NCBI RefSeq assembly: GCF_006345805.1
Contig: NC_042999.1
Span: forward strand, 101,494,001-101,558,000
Length of the DNA: 64,000 nucleotides
Reading direction: 5' to 3'
Source: Octopus sinensis
Lineage: Eukaryota
In this document: positions 39,871 through 52,746 of the stretch, piece after piece
How positions within the stretch are numbered: position 1 is the stretch's first letter
How the letters are laid out: every line of letters begins with the position of its first letter
The notes under the pieces: generated by a model
What the model saw: the letters and a program-made list of their open reading frames with translations, nothing else
Database searches by the model: none
Told to the model about the DNA's origin: nothing
Translations under genes and position numbers: made by a program

Positions 39871-39939
39871 CTTCTCCAAGTTCATAGATTTCATAGCTGA
39901 TTCCATAGATTTTACAACACCTCCCATAGACTGAGTGAC
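39871..39939 (-). CDS. CHMP1B: CHMP1B exon 4
   Basis: Encodes VTQSMGGVVKSMESAMKSMNLEK; ttccttccAG acceptor, GTAATT donor, 69 nt. Confidence 0.95.
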
Positions 39940-41604
39940 CTGGAAGGAAAAAAGAAAACAACAATATAAGTTGATGGCAATTTCACATTTGAATGTGGTA
40001 GAAAAATAAAGCACATAGCAGGAACTGTTATATATTTATTTTTAAATATAATAAATTCATTACATTTATACAGACTGGATGACATGTGAAAGAACCTCAT
40101 CAGTTATCTCTAATTTAGAGATTTCCAAAGATGGAATAAAAATTAACATTGATGCTTCTAATATCTAATATCTAAACAACACAGAAATATGATATTCCAT
40201 AATACAGTGAGTAATTAAGGAATGATGCAAATCAATCAATACTAGGTTACAATTGTAAGAAGGATAATGTTATATTTTTAAATGGAAGAGAAGGTAGTGT
40301 TCAGTTATGCATCTACATATTCTGTGCTCAAAACTTGTTGAAGTTGAATTTGCCTTTTATCCCTCTGGGGTATATAAATAATTGCCAGCTTTTGTAGTTA
40401 AGCAAAAGATTATCAAAGATGTTTTGGTTTTGACTAATAACTCCATTTTCACATGTATTATTGTATCTAAGACTTCATTATCCAATGTGTCCTACAATTT
40501 TTATAGTACAGTGTAATTTGAGGTAACTTTGGCTGCAATTTCTGGCAGATTAAGACTTGCTTACTGGTAGGAAAATGTACTGTGTGATGCACAGCAGTCA
40601 ATTCATTTGATAACACTCCTCTCCACTACAAATCTGTAGTCCTCTGCCTATGCTAGAAATCAGTAATTTCAGGTAGCAGTAAGGTGGCATGAATGGGAAA
40701 GTGTAAAATAATCCTTTCTATAGGCACAATACTTGAAACTTTGTGGGAGTTTTTTTTTTATTAGTTAGTTAGTGATGAGACAGTGCCCATGACATTTCCA
40801 GGCCATCCCAGCAGTTCTAGAAAAAAAAAATGATTGAGTGAAGTGTTTAGTGCAGATCCAGGGTCCTGGTGTAAGACAGAGTAAGATTGACAGGAGAAAT
40901 ATAGACAGCTAAGTTGACGGTGGGTGGGAAGAGAACATAGTTAATACATTCAGAGGGGCAAAATCCACTATTGTAGCAATTAAAATAGCTAAGAGTGGAA
41001 ATATTGTGCTGTTGAGGTTGTAACATGTTATTGTATAGGGGATTTCTGTAAGTCAATGAAATAAACTCTTTTTAGATGAGGTTCAAGATGTTTAGATACA
41101 GCAGCAGCCAACACTGTAACAGATAATTCAGGTAGATGGTCAGGTATTCAATGATATATGCAAAAAACATTTAAGAATCACCACCTACTTGTATTATCTA
41201 AGTCCATGCTGTTGGCCAACTTGAGTTATTTCTCTTAGTTCACTTTTTGTACAAATGCAAATTATACTAGCCAAAAATCTTTGTAACTCTTTTCAAGTGT
41301 TTGCCTTGGCTGTCCAATGTTTTGAGATGGAATTTGGTAGATGGAAACAGTGCAAAAAGTTCATCATATATCATCATCACGACCATCATCAATTTAACAT
41401 CCACTTTTCCATACTTACATGGGTCAAACAGAATTTGTTGAGTTGGATTTTCCTGTCACCAACCCTTACTTGTTTCCAAGTAAGGTAATATTTCCCCAAT
41501 GCCTAGACATGTTCTCACAGAATATCAGAAATGAATGACACTGGTTGTATGACAGTGGCAATCATTTTAGAACTATCATGCCATGTCAAGACAAAGAAAC
41601 CCAA

Positions 41605-41670
<66 letters not shown>

Positions 41671-41764
41671 ATTCTTTTATATGTTTCAACCTTGAAGCTG
41701 CAGCCATATATATACAATGGGCTTCTTTCAATTTCTGATGACCAAATTCACTCTCAAGGTTTTG

Positions 41765-44358
41765 ATATTTATTTCGATGCTCATGTACTTGACTCAACAG
41801 GTCTCCTCAAGCACAGCGGGATGTTCTGAAATCCAAGGTACTTTGAATGGGCAGGGGCTATGCGGAACTGGTGCAGGAAGCATCCCGGGTCTTTGCAGTC
41901 ACAGCATATCTCCAGAGATCTCGGTCCTTCGCCATCGCCTCAGTGAGGCCCAACGCTCTGAGGTCATGCTTGACTACCTCATCCCATGTCTTCCTGGGTC
42001 TACTTCTCCCCCTGATACCTTCAACTGTTTGGGAGTGGCACTTCTTCACACATCTCTCCTCATCCATCTGCAGTACATGACCATACCATCGCAAGTGTCG
42101 CTCTTGCACACCACATCTGATGCTTCTTATCTCCAGCATTTCTCTCAGGGTGCTTACACTCTGTCGTGCATGCACACTGACATTACACATCCAGTGGATC
42201 ATGCTAGCTTCATTCCTTTCAAGTCTACGCATGTCCTCTGCAGTCACAGCCCATGTTTCACTACCATGAAGCATGGCAGTTTGCACACATGCGTCATACA
42301 ATCTACCTTTCACTTTGAGCGAGAGACCCTTTGTCGCCAGTAGGGGTAGGAGCTTTCTGAACTTTGCCCAGGCTATTCGTATTCTAGTGGTGACACTCTC
42401 TAAGCATCCACCTCCACTACTAACTTGGTCACCCAGGTAGCGGAAACTATCAACTACTTCTAGTTTCTTCCCCTGGAGTGTGATGGAATCTGTTTTCTGA
42501 GTATCTGTGGTGTCTATTGTCCCTGTGCATCTGCCGCACATGAAAGCTATCTTATCAGTTAATTTCCCTTTGATGTTGCTGCACCTCTTATGAGTCCATA
42601 GCTTACACTGGGTGCATCTTATGGATTTTCCACCTACACCTTTCCTACAGATCGAGCAGGGCCACCTGCCCGAGGGGGTGTGTGGTGAGTACGCCTTTCT
42701 GCTTACTATAACTTTGGTCTTTGCTACATTTACTCTAAGGCCCTTTGATTCTAGCCCTTGCTTCCACACCCGAAATTTCTTTTCTAGTTCCGGTAGTGAT
42801 TCTGCTATGAGAGCCAGGTCATCAGCATAGAGGAGCTCCCAGGGGCATCCTGTTTTGAATTCCTCTGTTATTGCCTGGAGGACTATGATGAATAAAAGGG
42901 GACTGAGGGCTGAGCCTTGGTGTACACCTACTTCTACCCGGAATTCTTCACTATATTCGTTGCCAATCCTAACCTTGCTGACAGCCTCTCTGTATAGGGC
43001 CTGTACAGCCCTTATTAGCCATTTGTCAATCTCCAGTTTCCACATTGACCACCAGATAAGGGATTGGGGGACCCTGTCGAAGGCTTTCTCCAAGTCCACA
43101 AAAGCTATGTAGAGGGGTTTATCTTTAGCTAGGTACTTCTCCTGCAGTTGTCGGACCAGGAATATAGCATCAGTGGTGCTTCTACCTGGCACAAAACCGA
43201 ACTGCATCTCATTTAAGCAAATTCTCTCCCTAATGAGATGGGTTATGACCCTCTCTGTGACCTTCATCACCTGATCCAACAGTTTAATACCCCTGTAGTT
43301 ATTTCTATCTAGAGCATCACCCTTACATTTGTAGCAGTTGACTATGGTGCTGCTACGCCAGTCATTGGGTATGACTCCATTATGAACTACCTGGTTTACA
43401 ATGCGGGTGACTAGGCCATAGCCCACATAGCCAGCTGTTTTAATCATCTCAGCAGTGATTCCTGATGGGCCGGGGGCTTTACCTGGTTTCATATCCTTAA
43501 TTGCCTTAACTACAAGGGAGCTGTCTATTCGGATAGCTGGTCCCTCTACTGGGTCAACATTTGGCAGGCTCTCCTCCTCCCATTCATTCTCCACATTCAG
43601 CAGTCTTTCATAATGGCTTCTCCAAGCCTCTTTCTTTTCACCAACATTAAAAGCAAGTGCCCCATCATCCATGCAGACACATTTCTCTCCTGTAACATCA
43701 CTATTTTCTCTCACACACTGTCTGGCAATCCGAAATACCCCAGCTCTTTGGTCCTCACGTCGCTGGACATTGGCAAACTTCTTCTTTTCTGCTACATCTT
43801 TGGCTATGTATACCTGCATCCCGCTGTCTGGTGAAGATGAAGTCTATTTGGCTAGCAGCGTCTCCTGACTGATAGGTTATAAGGTGGCAGTCAGGCTTCC
43901 TGAAGTTAGTGTTGCAGATTAAAAGGTTACATGCATCACAGAATTCCAGTAGTCTAGTTCCCTCATCATTTCTGGTGCCAATACCATGGCCACCGTGTAC
44001 CCCAGTGAAGATACCCGATTCCCGCCCAACATGCCCATTAAAGTCTCCACCCACAAAGATGAGGTCCTTGCCACTAGTCTTTGAGGTAGCCTGTAGAAGG
44101 GTATCATAAAAGTGGTCCTTCTGATCATTTGGTAGTCCCGCTTGTGGGACATAGGCGGAGATAATCGTAGCTGTGCCACTCTGTAGGACTAACCTGAGCT
44201 TAAGCACTCTATCGCAAATCCTGACAACCTCTATGACCTTATCCACCCATTTCTCCACAAGGAGAATGCCTACACCCCCTACACCATCCATGTTACCTTG
44301 CCAGAAGACTTTGTACCTATATGCCTTGCCTGTGAGGACCCTAGCTGAAGCACCTCTA
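41765..44358 (-). mobile_element. RTE-clade LINE, 5'-truncated and internally deleted, in CHMP1B intron 3 (sense orientation)
   Basis: APE endonuclease motifs (GVGILL, ISAYVPQ, GGDFNGH, SQIDFI) in ORF 43755-44378. Uninterrupted 653-aa RT ORF 41858-43819 (FVDLEKAFD, QGSALSPLLF, YADD, LRWYGHV). Confidence 0.95.
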
Positions 44359-44731
44359 AATAAAAGATATATACACACATGTAGACTTCTATTTTCCTGT
44401 CTATATTACCAACATGTATATATGTGTATATATATATATTCATTCATGCAATGTCTGTTATATTATGCTATCCTAAGTTGGACAGGGGTATATTTTTATT
44501 TGAGGTGGTAGCATTTATCAATTTGATGTCCTTTCAATCCCCAACACCAACATGTTATTTTTGCCTGTTTCAAATATGATCCCAATGTTCTTTGAAAGTA
44601 TAGTGACTGCAAGAATATATTTCCTTGAAGAATGTTAAGTTGATCAAAGATATGAAAGTCAATAAAATAACTGGTAGTAATATAACAAAATACAGCAAAT
44701 GAAAGAAAAAGAAAAAAATAATTCTACAAAC

Positions 44732-44878
44732 CCTTTTGGTTGTTATTGCTGTTTGTACTCTAGCTGAAACTGCATCTATCCGAGCACTCATTCTTCTGTA
44801 GTTCAAAGCCTGATTTTTCTCTCTGATAGCATTCTCAGCATGAATTTTTGCACCTTCAGAGTTCCCTTTCTGAATAGC
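44732..44878 (-). CDS. CHMP1B: CHMP1B exon 3
   Basis: Encodes AIQKGNSEGAKIHAENAIREKNQALNYRRMSARIDAVSARVQTAITTKR (Snf7/ESCRT-III helix); tttacAG acceptor, GTTTGT donor, 147 nt. Confidence 0.95.
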
Positions 44879-45318
44879 CTGTAAAACAGTATTGGTTAAA
44901 ATTTTACTCCAGTTATCCAATGTAAATTCTATTTTATGTGTATATGAAAGAATTCAATGTTGGTACAATAAAGCATTAAACATATACCAGTTTCTATTTA
45001 ATTCAACCCATTTGATACTAACCCATCTGAGACTACCTTTTTCTCCAATGATACAAACTTCCTGTTTTAAAGTTATCTACATTAAATTCTCTCATCAATA
45101 TTTTATGTCAGTTTATGTCCCATATATCAGCTTAATAGGTTCAATTATTTAGCAAAAATTCTACATTATTTTCAAAATTAATTAAAACAAAAACAGTGTA
45201 TTTCAATAGAAATATGATAGCAAGATGGTTAATATATCACACTCAAGTGGTTAGCTCTTTGTTCTTATCTGTTCTGCTACCCATTGAGAAGAATTACAAA
45301 ATGATTTGCTCTTTGGAT

Positions 45319-45625
45319 CAATGGTTCTCAAATGGTGTGCCACATGGAACATCTAGTTGCTACAGAGTTTTTTAAAAACATGAATTAAGTCTTTATTAAA
45401 TCCATATTAATGACTGGGCATTTCAGAAAATGTTACAAAATTATTCACAATATTTTTACACACAAGATGATTAATAAAGCAAAGCAGATAATAGTTTTCT
45501 ATATGTTGTGTAAATTCTAACAATAAAAAAATTTTGTTTAACTTTACAATAATTTTTATTTGATCTCCAGTCTGTGTGTGCCAGTGATTTTTTTTAGAAC
45601 CTACAATGTGCTTCAAAAAGCACTG
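45319..45625. mobile_element. Old hAT (Charlie-like) MITE
   Basis: CAATGGTTCTCAAA ... TTCAAAAAGCACTG termini; TSD is diverged. Confidence 0.4.
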
Positions 45626-47588
45626 CTCTAAACAATACAAAAGCAATACCAGACTATAAAGTTCAAATACAGTTGACAGTACCTTATCCACCTAAACATT
45701 GACCTATCACCTATTGTTAATGAAATCCTGTAATAACATCCTACTAAATTGATCTGCAATACATCATCATCATGTAAACTTCCATTTTACAATGCAGACA
45801 TGATATGAATGGGCCTGCCATACAGTTTATTATCTCTCCTTCCTCTCCTGAACTTTTATCATCTCAGCCATGGGTCCAGAATCCTGAGATCTGACTTCGC
45901 CACCACAATCAGCTGGCAAGTAAAAATGAGCCAATCTTACTTCTGGATACTATTTTAATGGTTTTATGCAGTTATTAATGATGTGACTATTTTCAACTAC
46001 AGTCAACCACCCTAACTGACGTCAGATAAACCCAAGCCAATGAAGAAGCCTTTACATGATCATTCAACTTGCTACAAAAAGTGGCCACATTTTCGAAAAT
46101 TACACCCAACCATCTTTGAGATAAAAAGGAAGAACACATCAGAGAATGTTACTCCTAAATACAAAGTTGAGACAGTCACAGTTAGAACACCTTTAATATA
46201 AGGTATAATCTGGGTTGACAGAGCAAAACAACTATAGGAGTTGCGACCCTTTATATCAAGAGTTATTTTATTTTATTTTATTTTATTTTATCTAGTTTCA
46301 GCTCACGAGCTGTGGCCATACTTTATAACTTGATATAAAGTTAATTTTGCAATTTATTTTGCAATTCCAATTAAATTGGGATTGCAAAATAAATTCCAGA
46401 CTGAAATATGTACTAAGATTGAGGCGATTAACTAAAACCCTAAGAGAAAAGCTCTAAAATCAATCCAGTCTAATGACTGAAACTCATAAAAGAATCAAGA
46501 GTTATGGTTATGAAAAAAAAATTCTATATATCATCAAGATAGATATCACAACACCAAGTGTTAATTGATAAAGAAGAGGAAAGATGTAATTAATGTTTTA
46601 AGTATTCAAACTTACTAAGCATTTGGTGGTGAAGTAAAAAAAATGTGAAACACAAATGCCTCCAAAGCCCAAAGAGTGTATAATGACTTGGTGTTTAACT
46701 ATAGTGTAATGATGTTCAGTTGCAAGTAATGCAAATACTTAACTATATGCACAGTCATACATGAACAAATATGTAACAGAAATTACATCCTTACTATCTA
46801 GAAAGTTATTTGAGATACTAGAGGCTAAGACAGTGTGGTTAATAAAACCATATAATTACTCTCAGACTATTAGCCCTTAACACTTCAGCCTTCAATAGTC
46901 AGGGGAATTTACCCAGAAACAGTAGTCTTAGATCCCATCACCAGTACTAAATTGTGCCTATGGCCAAGCAAATTTTCTTCCAAATAATTGTTATTTAACA
47001 ATTATTTGTTAAATATCCCCATCTCCGATCAAGCAGATCTATAATGAAAGGTATTCCAACTGTGACCATCCCAACTTCTATATCTACGACCTCATTGTTT
47101 ATATCATTTTAATTAAGATAGTAGTGTTATTTAAAGGAGACTTAGCCACTATTTCTAACAGGTCGGATGACTCATTGGGTCTACCTGAATCAGCGAGAGA
47201 GAGCTATTGTACAGTCTTCAGCTGCTCAATGTAGCAGCTGGATATCTATTCACAAATTCCTTGTTTTTTAAATAAGGACCACATACTTTAATTTCTAAAC
47301 TGTATGAAGACATGTCCAAAATGAGTTCAAGAGGGTTACAGCTGAAAATATCAAATTACTTCATTTAATAAAATAGCTCTTTATCATAGATCTTCACAAG
47401 TAAAGCTGGACAGAGATAACCTACAACAATAACGCCAATATTTCATGTTCAGATTTTGAAGGTAAATAAAATTCACCAAAAGACAAACTTATCAATGAGG
47501 AAATATGTACAATTCTGTAACAATACTGCATCAGATAAAAGTCAGAGGCTTTCACTGACAAATAAACTTAATACCATTTCTTACTTAC

Positions 47589-47686
47589 TTTTTTTAACTT
47601 TAGTTTTTCTTCTTTTTCGGATTTTTCACTTTTCTTTGCTGACCTCTCCAAATTCTTGGCAGCAAATTTCAGGTTAAACAAATGCT
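47589..47686 (-). CDS. CHMP1B: CHMP1B exon 2
   Basis: AG|AG CAT TTG... encodes (K)HLFNLKFAAKNLERSAKKSEKSEKEEKLKLKK and ends at a GTAAGT donor; 98 nt, phases consistent. Confidence 0.95.
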
Positions 47687-47882
47687 CTTTCAAAAGGTTA
47701 AGGAGTAATGAAGCAGAATGTCTTCTTTTTTTTTTTTTTTTCATGCATATTGTGTATGGCAAGCAAATGAATCAATCAATCAATCAACATTAAAAAATTG
47801 AAATATTGTATCAAATGGCACTGTTACTTTTTCTTTCTGCTCAATGTTATCAGGGTTTAAAAACCAAGCCCTTTCCTAATTT

Positions 47883-48152
47883 AATCATCATCTCCATCGT
47901 CATTTAGCATCTACTTTCCATACTGGCACGGGTTAGATGGTTTGATTGAAACTGATGAGCTGGAGAGCGGCACCAGGTTCCAATCTGATTTGGCATGGTT
48001 TCTATGGTTGAATGCCCTTCCTAATGCCAACCACTCCAAGAGTGTAATGGGTGCTTTTTACGTGCCACCGGCACAGATGTCAGTTACATGACACCAGCAT
48101 CGGCTACAACTATGATTTCACTTGGCTTCACAAGTCTTCTCAAGCACAGCAT
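47883..48152 (-). repeat. RTE 3' UTR/tail fragment
   Basis: Links the GCTGTGCTTGAGAAGAC motif (LINE 3' end) to the GGAAGGGCATTCAAC tail and (TGA)n. Confidence 0.75.
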
Positions 48153-49340
48153 ATCACCAAAGGTTTGTGTCACAACAAAAAGTAAATGGAAACTACCAAC
48201 CATATGATCTCTCTCAACAAAATTAATCTTGTTGAACTGAGAGACCTCTTATGTGATTGCTTGACTTGCTAAAAATAGCAATCAAATCTCCATCAAATCA
48301 CACCCTACAGTATTCAAAAAGGTAGAATACATTAGGTAATGTGGTCCCAGATATACTATGTGTAAAAAAGATGGTATGATCACAATTGGAATGCCTTTGA
48401 TCATGGGTCTGAACTATTAGTGTTGATCTAGAGCAAAAGAACATATTAGTCTTATGCTTAATCAAATGATATCAATATTGATTTTGATATTGTCTTGATT
48501 GATATTATTCAGTCTGAATTCAGTATCATCTTCACTATCTACATTACTGAAGTTTGGAAATCATAAACGTATTCATTGAATAAATGATTAGTGGGTGTAG
48601 AAATTCAGAATTCATCTTATTACATGTTTCTGCTGTTTATATTCTATTCATTTTGACTTATGTTACAGTATTCTATGAATACCTCAATGCGACCTGAAAA
48701 AAAATCAAAATTCTAGGCACAACCCAGTGAGTGGTCTCAACATAGCCACTTGACTTGCTAGAAATAATGTCAAAACGGCCCTCAAATGGCATTCTACTGA
48801 CACATTGGATAATGTATTCTTAGATACATTATGACTGAAACAAAAGATATTTCAGGCTTATTGTGTCTCTAGTCAGGTTGAAGCTATTACAGTTGGTTAT
48901 CACTAGTCCGCTTTACTTGTGAAGACTTTTTGTCATAAGCCTGTTCAATCAGGGCTAATATGTAGCTTAGCAATAACAATATTTTGGACAATGTTCAGAC
49001 ATATTACTTATCTGAGAATGTCAACAGTACATATGTTATAATAAAGGATGAAGAACCAATTCGATTCTAACAGAGATTAAAAGAGTTATCTATCTAGCAT
49101 TCCTTTCTTAGTTGATGCCTGTTGATTGAAAATCAAGTCAATTGCTTGATCATTAATGATCAGAAGTATCTATCAAAAAGTGATCAGCTCTAGTGACTAA
49201 TGAATGTTAAGTATGACCAGTGGGCTACAACTGTTTATTTTTAGCTACATCCACAGAAGGTGTTGTGCACTATAAGCCATCGAATCACTAGTCAATTTTA
49301 CAATGCTGCCACCACTTATCTTGGCTAGTTGCTTCTACTA

Positions 49341-50231
49341 CAGGGTGTCCCAAAAGTAACTGGTGGGTTTCAATTTTTAATAACTTCCTTAACTTTACAA
49401 ATAAATGCATGAAATTTTGATACAATATAAAGGGCATAATTGGAAATTAATATGCACAAGCCAAATTTTGCAACACCACTATATCACATATGACAAATGA
49501 CATTGCTTAAATGGCAGCCATTTTCGATTTCGCATGCCCATGCTCTTTCCAAAACTTGCACTGTAACACCCTCAAGAGTTTCAGACCCCACTTCTCTAAT
49601 TTCTCTATTGATGTTTTCCTTCAGTTGCACCAGGGTCTCCGGTTTGTTGGCATAAACACTCTCTTTCAGATATCTCCATAAGAAAAAATCCAGGCTAGTC
49701 AAGTCAGGGGAATGTGAAGGCCAGTTGACATTGCCGTAGCGGGTGATTATTCTCTCTCCAAAGCACTGCCATAGCAACTGCATTGTTTCTCCTGTGGTAT
49801 GAACAGTTGCCCCATCTTGCTGGAACCATGTCTGAGGTCTACTTTGAATGGCCTTCACATTCCCCAGACTTGGCTAGCCTGGATTTTTTTCTTCTGGAGA
49901 TACCTGAAAGAGAGGGTTTACGTCAACAAACCGAAGACCCTGGTGCAACTGAAGGAGAGCATCAATAGAGAAATTAGAGAAGTGGGGTCTGAAACACTTG
50001 AGGATGTTATGGTGCAAGTTTTGGAAAGAGCATGGGCATGCGAAATCGAAAATGGCTGCCATTTAAGCAATGTCATTTTTCATATGTGATGTAGTGGTGT
50101 TGTAAAATTTGGCTTGTGCATATTAATTTCCATTATGTCCTTTATATTGTATCAAAATTTCATGCATTTATTTGTAAAGTTAAGGAAGTTATTAAAAATT
50201 GAAACCCATCAGTGACTTTTGGGACACCCTG
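49341..50231. mobile_element. Fold-back element made of two inverted 3' halves of a DD41D (rosa/Visitor) Tc1-mariner transposon
   Basis: TA|CAGGGTGTCCCAAAAGT ... ACTTTTGGGACACCCTG|TA; arms about 383 bp (49341-49723 and 49849-50231). Translation FQQDG-(41 aa)-DFFLW with the WPSHSPDL motif. Confidence 0.9.
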
Positions 50232-52458
50232 TAAATAGTACTTATTTACAACTAAATGAACTGAGCCATTTGACATTTTTTTTGGTCACATTTATAATAC
50301 AATGCTAGTGATAGGATATTAACATTAATGCCATTATTAAAATTATTATTGAACTTTACTGAATGGTTTTAGCCAGCATAGACTCGAATTTGGGTTTTAA
50401 TTCCAAATTTATACTCTAGCTATCTTGCATATGCACCAACAAAGTTTCAGTTAGACTATGTTGTCCAAAAATTTATTGTTGGCACGTATTTACACAGATA
50501 CATGTCATAGGAGATATAAAACCAAAGAACTTTGGGAATCTTGGACTCGTCTTTGTAGAAAGTGGCAAACGGTGTAAAACCACTCAAGTATGACTATAGA
50601 AACAGCAGTTCTCGTATAGATTTAAGCGATTTTTAAAACTCACCACTTAAGTCTATCTTTTTGAAGTAGACTATTTCTACTTCCAATTTTTTGACGAAAA
50701 AATGTATTTATTTACAAAATACATTATGACGTCATTAAAATCAATCTTTGTAATAAGTCAACATATGACAGGTATTTGTTTGTCATTTTATTATAATCCT
50801 TAACTTTGATGATTTTCAAAGCTCTGAGGTCTACATGCCACCTCTCAAATTGATTTTGCTTTTTATTTATTTATTTTTGTCTTTCCTGTTACGTTTTCAA
50901 TCGAGTAAAATAAACACACAAGGAATAACTTAATTTAGATATAAATACAATAGTGGTCTTATTAAATGAATGTTATCAATTTAATCAGAATAAAGTAATA
51001 AAGACAAACAACACTTTAACATATTGTATATTCGAAGTATTATATTATATAAATATTATATATTCGAAGTATTATTCCGTAACAAGATTCTCTCGGCAAT
51101 CTTATTAAAATTCTTAAACAGCATTAAAAGTTCAACGATTTAGTAAGTTACAATTAATCTGAAATCTAATTTTATACTCCTAAAGTATAAACAGAAGTTC
51201 ATGAATTTGTATAAGTTCTAATGCCAAGTGAAGAAGTGACATTTGACATTTCGGGCTTCACAGCTGCACGATTTTTAAGTATTTTATTTCACACTGCGTA
51301 CCGTTATAATTAACAAAATGATCACGAACTATTTAATTTCATTTGACTATATGTATTTAAAACTAGAAACTCATCCTGTTAATATTAAGTGCAAAAAATA
51401 TGGATATTCATTTCCATTTCAAGGGAGCCTTAAGACACAATTCGCTGTGATTTTTCAGTCTGGTAGAAATAGCAGCCAAATTTTCCCCAAACTACAACTT
51501 ACTGTCTCATAAAAGAAAAAGCATATTACATATTATAGTTCTATGCATATTATGCTTGAATAAAAGATGAGAGGGTCAGATACTAGAACACTTTTGATCA
51601 TATGTCTGCCCAATCAGAACTATCGTGAGGCTAAACAACAACTCGTAGAACACTACCCGAACTAACAATGATTTTAGTTTTACTTAGTTAGTTTACTAAG
51701 TTAGAGTAGTATAGATAGAACTGGCATTTATATAAACGACCTCGGAATGATGAAAGGCAAAAACTGAATCAGCCGATTCCCCTCACTTTGTCAAAACAAA
51801 AATTAAAAACTTAGATAACTGGTCATGAGTAACATATTCAATTGCCACACCTTAATAATACAAATAGTGAAATGGCAATTTTCCCAGAGAGAATATTCGT
51901 ATTTCGTCATCCTTGGAAAATAAAAAATTGAGTCCCAATTAAAACTATGGGGAAAAAGTTTGTTCGGTGCGAAATCTTGTCAAAGAAGAAAAAATGGAAA
52001 TAGAGAGAAAGAGAGAAGAGGCAAAACGAAAGAAATAGGAGATGTTTTCGCAATTTCTTCGATTCAAATAAAGTTAAAAATTTAGTAGCTCTATCATTTG
52101 AAGGAAAATTATATAATTATTTACTTCTATAATTATTTAATGTTGACGTTCTTCCATAAATACGAAACATCAACGAAAAGTGAACTCGATGCGATTAAGA
52201 TAATGTAAGCATTAAAAACAATAACAACAATAATAAATTAACAGTGACAAATTTCAAGCTAGAAGTAACAATAAATCTTTATTTAAAATTATACTAATTA
52301 AAGATATTAATTATTTAACTTACTTGATTAGAAGGAGTAAACAAATACTGCTGAGACGTTACATGTTTACAACTATCAGGTGCTTGTATACGCAGAGTAA
52401 GACCCCAAACACAGACATGTCGGAATGTCTGTTAACATAATCTTTAAGAAAAGGATAC

Positions 52459-52474
52459 TTTCCATGTTCGACAT
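52459..52474 (-). CDS. CHMP1B: CHMP1B exon 1 (MSNME + first base of K)
   Basis: Minus strand reads ATG TCG AAC ATG GAA A|GTATCCTTTT. It joins in phase 1 to exon 2 to give MSNMEKHLFNLKFAAK, matching the known CHMP1B N-terminus. Confidence 0.9.
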
Positions 52475-52681
52475 TGTGAAATATTATAGATCAAAAATAA
52501 TATTTTCGAGGAGTATTAATGAACAACCTGTATTTCTTGACTAATCAACTCGAGTTACTGACGTAATGGCAGAGCTAGAAAATTATTTTGAGCCACCCGC
52601 TTTCTGTCTTACACTGATGTGTGGGTGTGTGCGCACGTAAGTGTTTATACACACATGGTAATCTATCTATCTATCTATATC

Positions 52682-52746
<65 letters not shown>

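Larger units (their letters stand above)
47687..52458 (-). other. CHMP1B: U12-type (minor spliceosome) GT-AG intron, CHMP1B intron 1
   Basis: 5' site GTATCCTTTT; branch site TCCTTAAC at 47704-47697, about 10 nt from the terminal AG; no extended polypyrimidine tract. Confidence 0.9.

Noticed and set aside
41717-43112. Plus-strand ORFs (208, 77, 72 and 85 aa) overlapping the LINE
   Set aside because: Antisense shadows of the RT coding strand with no independent motifs.
36073-52474. Assignment to CHMP1A rather than CHMP1B
   Set aside because: The MSNMEKHLFNLKFAAK start and DELSQRLARLR end match CHMP1B as recalled; a phylogeny would be the formal test.
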